A DNA stretch of 21,857 nucleotides from Chlamydiota bacterium (GTDB lineage Bacteria; Chlamydiota; Chlamydiia; Chlamydiales; SM23-39): contig JBCAXK010000027.1 in NCBI GenBank assembly GCA_038534095.1, positions 1-21,857 on the forward strand, read 5' to 3'. Positions 17,352 through 21,857 of the stretch are shown here, piece after piece. The notes under the pieces are model-generated. The model was not told where the DNA came from, made no database searches, and saw nothing but the letters and a program-made list of their open reading frames with translations. Made by a program: the position numbers and the translations under genes. Within the stretch, counting starts at the first letter, position 1, and every line of letters begins with the position of its first letter.

Positions 17352-19295
17352 ATGAGCATAAAACAACTATTTTCATCGAATATTATTGTAAAAGACAATA
17401 ACACTCCATCGGAAAAACCCCTACAAACATTTGCGCGCCAAGAGCTTACAAATACAGTAGAAAAACAACTCTATCCGTATCTAACCATCCAAGAATTGGG
17501 GCGCTTTCTTATTGCTTACGGGAAAACCGGCCATCAGTCCCTGGCAAGCCTTCTCAAAAAGTTTCCCCATCTTGGGGAAGGTTTTTCTGCGCAAAATCTG
17601 TTTTGGCGCCCCAAAAAACATGCCACAATCGTTCAAGTGCATTCCCTATTTAGACAGTGCGTAAGCAAAACTCATCAACAGCGCCCAGGCGCACCTAGCT
17701 ACTCTTTAAGTCTTGTGCAAAAATCACTACTGCCATCTCCCCGTTTTTTTAGACAAAGGCGCAAGCCTTTCGTAGCTAGAATCATAGAAGCAAAATCAAA
17801 AGCCCTTTTACAAAATATCTTTCGCGAACTTGTCCTAATCGCCGCAAAAACGGGCGATCAGCAGACACTTTTATACGTAAAAAATTACCCCAAAAACAGA
17901 CTCTTTTACGAAAAACAGGAAAAAGAAAAAAGAGGCGCTACTTTATCGCAAAATGAAGGAGAGTTCCTTCTGGCAGAAAATTTTGCCCAGCAAACCAAGG
18001 ATCACCTTTTACTTGCTGTATTTGAAGCAACCCATAAGCACCATAGCGAAACCGCGAGCCTGCTTGCAAACTGGTATCAATCATTAACTACTCAAAAACG
18101 CGCTTGGCATCAACCCTTACTCTTGGGATGTCAGCAGACAGAGCTAAAGCAAAATAACGCATTTCCTTGTAAAAAAAGGATGGTTGGAAACAAAACGTTA
18201 CACGCTCCACCAAAAAAAGCGCTTCAAAATACCTCTTTAGAAAAATTCGAACCATTACAAACTAGTCTATTTGACGCCGAGTCGATTGCAAAGGGACTCG
18301 AAATTTGTGTACAACGGGGCTGCCCCCATTTGTTTGCCTGGCTTACTAGCTTGCCTCATTTTCAGGACATTTCGACACAAAGGCTCAATGAAGCCGTTTC
18401 TGACGTTTATCGCGAGAACAAGCTGGCTCTCTTACAAAGGATGTTCCGATCAGATATGAACGTCTCCTGGGAAGAGTGGTTTACGCTCTTTCTAAACGAA
18501 GGAAAAATCAGGCCAGCGATTCTGCTGCTTGAAGAAACGGCTTTCCTGCGCAACAGGAGAGACCGGTTTTCTTGGGCTTCCTTACAGTCAGGTATTTTTT
18601 CTTCTATTGAAATAAGCGCTTCTTGGGCCGATCGTGCCGCTTTTTTCCAATTGCTCACCACCTTAGCGCAACAAAAACTTTTCCGCTACTACGAGCGCAC
18701 AGGCAACAGGCCGTTAAGAAATCGTATCGGGGCATGGGTAAACAGGCTCCCTGTTGTCTCCACGTTCATCCCAATGAGACCGGGGCGCCTTCCACTTTCC
18801 TTGTACTCAAGAATAAGAATAAGCAGCGCTTTATTGGGGCAAAATCTTCCCGCTGAAAGTCAATGCGCTCTTTTTGCTGCAGCGGCTCTTTTTTTACACA
18901 TAGCAACTGTAGGCGGCGCAGATATGCGTATGGAAAAAGGGATTTTTTGCATGATTGTACTGACTGGCCTGATTCTTCCTGTATGCAGAAGAGTCCATGT
19001 ACGTTCTTTTGCTACAACAATCGGTAAAATCGATCTCGCATTAGCGCATCTTCTTTCTTGGGTAAGCGCCTCTATAGAAAGAGCTTCAAGCCACATTGAA
19101 AACAGGACATCGATGTTTCGTTATCTAGAAGAGCTCAACCATCAAACAGTCAATGGGGTGAACAACACCTTATTTGCCACCAGCGCTTTGATGCTATTGT
19201 CACTGTTTCAAGAAATTTCTCACAACACCTTCTACCTTACAGTAGCTCTAATCCTGTTTTGCAATTGTTGCCTCAACTTCTCCCACAGATTTTGA
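17352..19295 (+). CDS. Hypothetical 647-aa protein with an F-box-like N-terminus, degenerate ankyrin-like helices and C-terminal hydrophobic segments
   Basis: Long ORF with promoter-like and SD-like signals. Residues 32-55 read LTNTVEKQLYPYLTIQELGRFLIA. Ankyrin-like pieces LIAAKTGDQQTL and LEICVQRGCPHLFAWL. About four hydrophobic segments lie in the last ~145 aa. Domain calls are by eye. Confidence 0.65.
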   Translation: MSIKQLFSSNIIVKDNNTPSEKPLQTFARQELTNTVEKQLYPYLTIQELGRFLIAYGKTGHQSLASLLKKFPHLGEGFSAQNLFWRPKKHATIVQVHSLFRQCVSKTHQQRPGAPSYSLSLVQKSLLPSPRFFRQRRKPFVARIIEAKSKALLQNIFRELVLIAAKTGDQQTLLYVKNYPKNRLFYEKQEKEKRGATLSQNEGEFLLAENFAQQTKDHLLLAVFEATHKHHSETASLLANWYQSLTTQKRAWHQPLLLGCQQTELKQNNAFPCKKRMVGNKTLHAPPKKALQNTSLEKFEPLQTSLFDAESIAKGLEICVQRGCPHLFAWLTSLPHFQDISTQRLNEAVSDVYRENKLALLQRMFRSDMNVSWEEWFTLFLNEGKIRPAILLLEETAFLRNRRDRFSWASLQSGIFSSIEISASWADRAAFFQLLTTLAQQKLFRYYERTGNRPLRNRIGAWVNRLPVVSTFIPMRPGRLPLSLYSRIRISSALLGQNLPAESQCALFAAAALFLHIATVGGADMRMEKGIFCMIVLTGLILPVCRRVHVRSFATTIGKIDLALAHLLSWVSASIERASSHIENRTSMFRYLEELNHQTVNGVNNTLFATSALMLLSLFQEISHNTFYLTVALILFCNCCLNFSHRF

Positions 19296-19363
19296 ACATC
19301 ACTTCAGCTAGCGCAGACTGCCTATTTGTGAAGCCACCACTTTTTTTAAGCCACCAAATAGAG

Positions 19364-19397
19364 TAAAAGGGCTGCGAAAACGCTAGTTCACAGCCCT
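19364..19397 (-). terminator. Putative intrinsic terminator between convergent genes
   Basis: Minus-strand RNA AGGGCUGUGAA-cuagcguu-UUCGCAGCCCU followed by UUU, about 80 nt downstream of the OMP-like gene stop. Confidence 0.55.
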
Positions 19398-19476
19398 AGT
19401 ATGGATACAAAAAACTGGCTCATACACGTTAGACAAAAAGCGAGATGATCGTTTTGTGTTTTTAACAAGCTAGATC

Positions 19477-20142
19477 CTAAAATCCAACACCTGTGGAAAT
19501 GCTCAGCGATGGACCGAAATTGGGTCCATCTTTTTGACTAGCAAACATTGGCTGAGAAATGTTGCACTCAAGAAATGCAAGAGAGTTCTTATCCTGGAAA
19601 AAATTCCAACCAAGAGTTCCCCCTCCAATTAGGCCGATAAAGGATTGTCTCCCTTGCTCATTTTTTATAGCCATACCTCCCCAAGCAAGAGAAGGGCCCA
19701 GATAAACGCCTGACAAATACTCTTTGAGCGGGGCAAAGTACGAGATTTTTGGCGCATTCCATTGATAACGCCCTCCCCGACCTTCTTGCACACCAAGGCC
19801 GCTGAATAGGATATCCACCGTTCCTGACTGGCCACCTACGCGGTAGCCGATCCCTAACCCTGGATAAACAGAGGAACCTGTCGCAAGGCCAGTAAAACTT
19901 TTCGCTGCGTTCATTTGAAAATAGAAATACCCCCGTTTTTTCCCCTCTTTTTCGCTCTGCTCTCGGAAGGTCAAGTTTGCAGGGTTTTTGGCGCTCTTTT
20001 GTAAAGAGGTAGAAGCTCTTAGATGCGGTACTACTTCAGCAACGGCTATTTCCGGCGTAATCGCTCTTTCTTTGATCTCTTCATTTGCGCACAAAGAACA
20101 AGAAACAAGAGTGAAAAAAATAGCGGTATAAAGTCTTTTCAT
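19477..20142 (-). CDS. Putative small outer-membrane beta-barrel protein
   Basis: Signal peptide (MKRLYTAIFFTLVSCSLCA), Gly/aromatic-rich alternating strands (GLGIGYR, VYLGPSLAWGG, GGTLGWNF) and a C-terminal beta-signal ending in Phe (LSISTGVGF). Confidence 0.75.
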   Translation of the reverse strand: MKRLYTAIFFTLVSCSLCANEEIKERAITPEIAVAEVVPHLRASTSLQKSAKNPANLTFREQSEKEGKKRGYFYFQMNAAKSFTGLATGSSVYPGLGIGYRVGGQSGTVDILFSGLGVQEGRGGRYQWNAPKISYFAPLKEYLSGVYLGPSLAWGGMAIKNEQGRQSFIGLIGGGTLGWNFFQDKNSLAFLECNISQPMFASQKDGPNFGPSLSISTGVGF

Positions 20143-20548
20143 AAAAAACCTTTGTTAAATAAAACGAACTTTTTCCATTTTAACAAATGGATAGTAACTT
20201 TCAATATCAAAATTATTTATAAAAGACTCAATGCAGATACTTTTTAAAAATATACTGCTCAATCACAAAAAACATAGGATAGCGCTGCATTTTCTGAACG
20301 TAGGTATCACTTTTAGCAAAAGGCTATTTGCAAACAACAACTGCATTTCACCAAAAAAGAGTAAAACCTTCCCTAATAGGCGCAAGTAAGAGGCCTAGTG
20401 ACTCTTCCTCAAAAGCGCAGGTCGAAAAAGAATCGCTATCTCCAAAGCTCAAGCCTCTTTGAGAGACTTGCAAGAAAAAAACCCTTTCCTATTTCTTAAA
20501 ATCCTTTACTGCGTTAACTAAAAGATTAGAAACAGGAGAAAAAGCTCT

Positions 20549-20842
20549 ATGGAAGATATTCCCTACGAGGATCTGCACATGACAAAAAGCATTGTCCGTA
20601 TGGAGATGAATATGCTCGCCTACGCCATTACCAAAAAAGAATCAATCGCTCACCTGCACGAACTGCTAAAAGATGCAAAGCAGGAGATTGTTAAGCTTAA
20701 GGATCAAAGCCTCGATAAGGCTCTGCAAGACATCGGATACTTGATCGATCACCATTACCCGATTTCAGAAAGCACCCATTGGGACATCATCGCCTCACTA
20801 GGAGAAAAGTTCCGCTTCATCGACCGAAAAACCCTCTACTAA
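20549..20842 (+). CDS. Hypothetical protein (97 aa, helical)
   Basis: SD AGGAG about 10 nt upstream of the ATG, protein-like composition, and a hairpin directly after the stop. Confidence 0.7.
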   Translation: MEDIPYEDLHMTKSIVRMEMNMLAYAITKKESIAHLHELLKDAKQEIVKLKDQSLDKALQDIGYLIDHHYPISESTHWDIIASLGEKFRFIDRKTLY

Positions 20843-20872
20843 AGGGCTGCTGTTTCTGTAACTCAGCTCTTT
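20841..20872 (+). terminator. Possible terminator hairpin
   Basis: AAAGGGCTG...CAGCTCTTT (one G-U pair) directly after the stop of 20549-20842. Long loop and short U tract. Confidence 0.35.
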
Positions 20873-21256
20873 GAAAAAGGGATTGCAAAAGCGCTTTTGC
20901 TAGCTTGCTCGCAAAGGCTCTATTCTCGAATCTATAGGAGAAATCCGCAGTACAAAAACGCCTTTTGTTTGAAGAAGAGCATCGCACAGAAAAATGCGCC
21001 CATCAAGTACTATCAGTTGCCAATTGAAAAAAGCAGATCTAAGAGACCTCCAAATTCTTTCGTGGTGATCAACATAAAGCCGCTCTTTTTTGGTTGTCAA
21101 GGTCCTTGATCTCTAACAGACAAAACGGCGCGCCTCTTCATCAAAAACTATGGATCTGGGGCCACTTGTTTTTAGAAAAAACAGTCCAGCTCAACTAGAG
21201 CGTGTATTGTGCTCATACCACTTGAAGAATCACGCGCGTAAATAAGGACCTATTTT

Positions 21257-21857
21257 TTACTTGCGGGCGAACCATGCTTGCCACCTAACGGCCATCCTAC
21301 CTAGCTCACTCCAACGCCTGATTATTTGCGGTGGTTTGGGTGAGACTCTTGAAGGTTTCTGATTCTCACCACTAAGCCCGGTTTGTTTCCCTTCTTCTAA
21401 AGCGAGGGTATGTTCTTCTAGCTCATCTGCATCAGCGAGGGGCGCAGGTAGAGAAGGAGCTCCTATTGGTGGCGGTTCTGCGTACGTTTCATCCTTTTCT
21501 ACTGGGGGCATTTGCGCCTCTTGTAGAGCACTACTTATGCCTCCTTGAGTCATGCTTCCAACCTCGCTAAAAAGTCCTTGCACATGAGCTCCTAATGATC
21601 CTACCTCTGTCACAGATTTCCCCTCCTTGAGAGCTTTATCCGCAGCGTCAGTCATGTTTCCAACCTCGCTAAAGACTCCTTGTAAAGAATTTCTTAATGA
21701 CCCTGCAATAGACAGACCCTTATTTTCTGATACAGATTTCTCCTCCTTGAGAGCTTTATCCGCGGCGTCAGTCATGCTTTCAACCTCGCTAAAGACTCCT
21801 TGTAAAGAATTTCTTAATGACCCTGCAATAGACAGACCCTTATTTTCTGATACAGAT
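21257..21857 (-). CDS. 3' part of a tandem-repeat protein (5' end beyond the window)
   Basis: The frame stays open from the window edge (SVSENKGLSIAGSLRNSLQGVFSEVES precedes the M at 21775), so the ORF-track start is internal. Repeats are followed by a Pro-rich/acidic linker and a Trp/Arg-rich C-terminus. Confidence 0.8.
   Translation of the reverse strand, partial: SVSENKGLSIAGSLRNSLQGVFSEVESMTDAADKALKEEKSVSENKGLSIAGSLRNSLQGVFSEVGNMTDAADKALKEGKSVTEVGSLGAHVQGLFSEVGSMTQGGISSALQEAQMPPVEKDETYAEPPPIGAPSLPAPLADADELEEHTLALEEGKQTGLSGENQKPSRVSPKPPQIIRRWSELGRMAVRWQAWFARK
21549..21857 (-). repeat. 120-bp (40-aa) coding tandem repeat, at least 2 full copies plus a shortened diverged copy
   Basis: 21611-21730 vs 21731-21850 match at 115/120 nt, and a further copy begins at 21851. 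The diverged partial copy at 21549-21580 is offset by 102 nt. Confidence 0.95.

Noticed and set aside
20897..21109. ORFs 20897-21109 (+) and 20900-21100 (-)
   Set aside because: Mutually overlapping, non-ATG starts and no motifs.
21549..21857. CRISPR array interpretation of the terminal repeats
   Set aside because: Units are contiguous 120-bp in-frame coding repeats without unique spacers, and no cas genes are present.

Overview
Chromosomal window most likely from an environmental (non-Chlamydiaceae) member of the Chlamydiota. This is inferred from the chlamydial gene order sctJ-(CT560-like)-sctL-sctR-sctS-sctT and the compact sufB-sufC-sufD-sufS operon. It has three conserved blocks: a pyrB-pyrI-pyrC operon coupled to a GT2 glycosyltransferase (1607-5148, +), a type III secretion (T3SS) basal-body/export-gate operon (7898-12182, +), and the SUF Fe-S operon (12170-16806, -), which converges on the T3SS operon and overlaps it by 13 bp. 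The flanks hold orphan genes that look like host-interaction proteins: an Inc-like protein (546-1013), a stop-interrupted repeat-containing gene (5515-6543), a protein with F-box-like, ankyrin-like and TM segments (17352-19295), a small beta-barrel OMP, and a 40-aa tandem-repeat protein running off the right edge. An IS481-family transposase remnant (about 1034-1352, -) is missed by the ORF track. No rRNA, tRNA or CRISPR array was seen. I cannot demonstrate a wholly new multi-gene system. The best leads are the candidate effectors, the terminator-less T3SS/SUF convergence, and an apparently leaderless pyrBIC-GT2 operon. All assignments come from motif recognition by eye, with no database searches.
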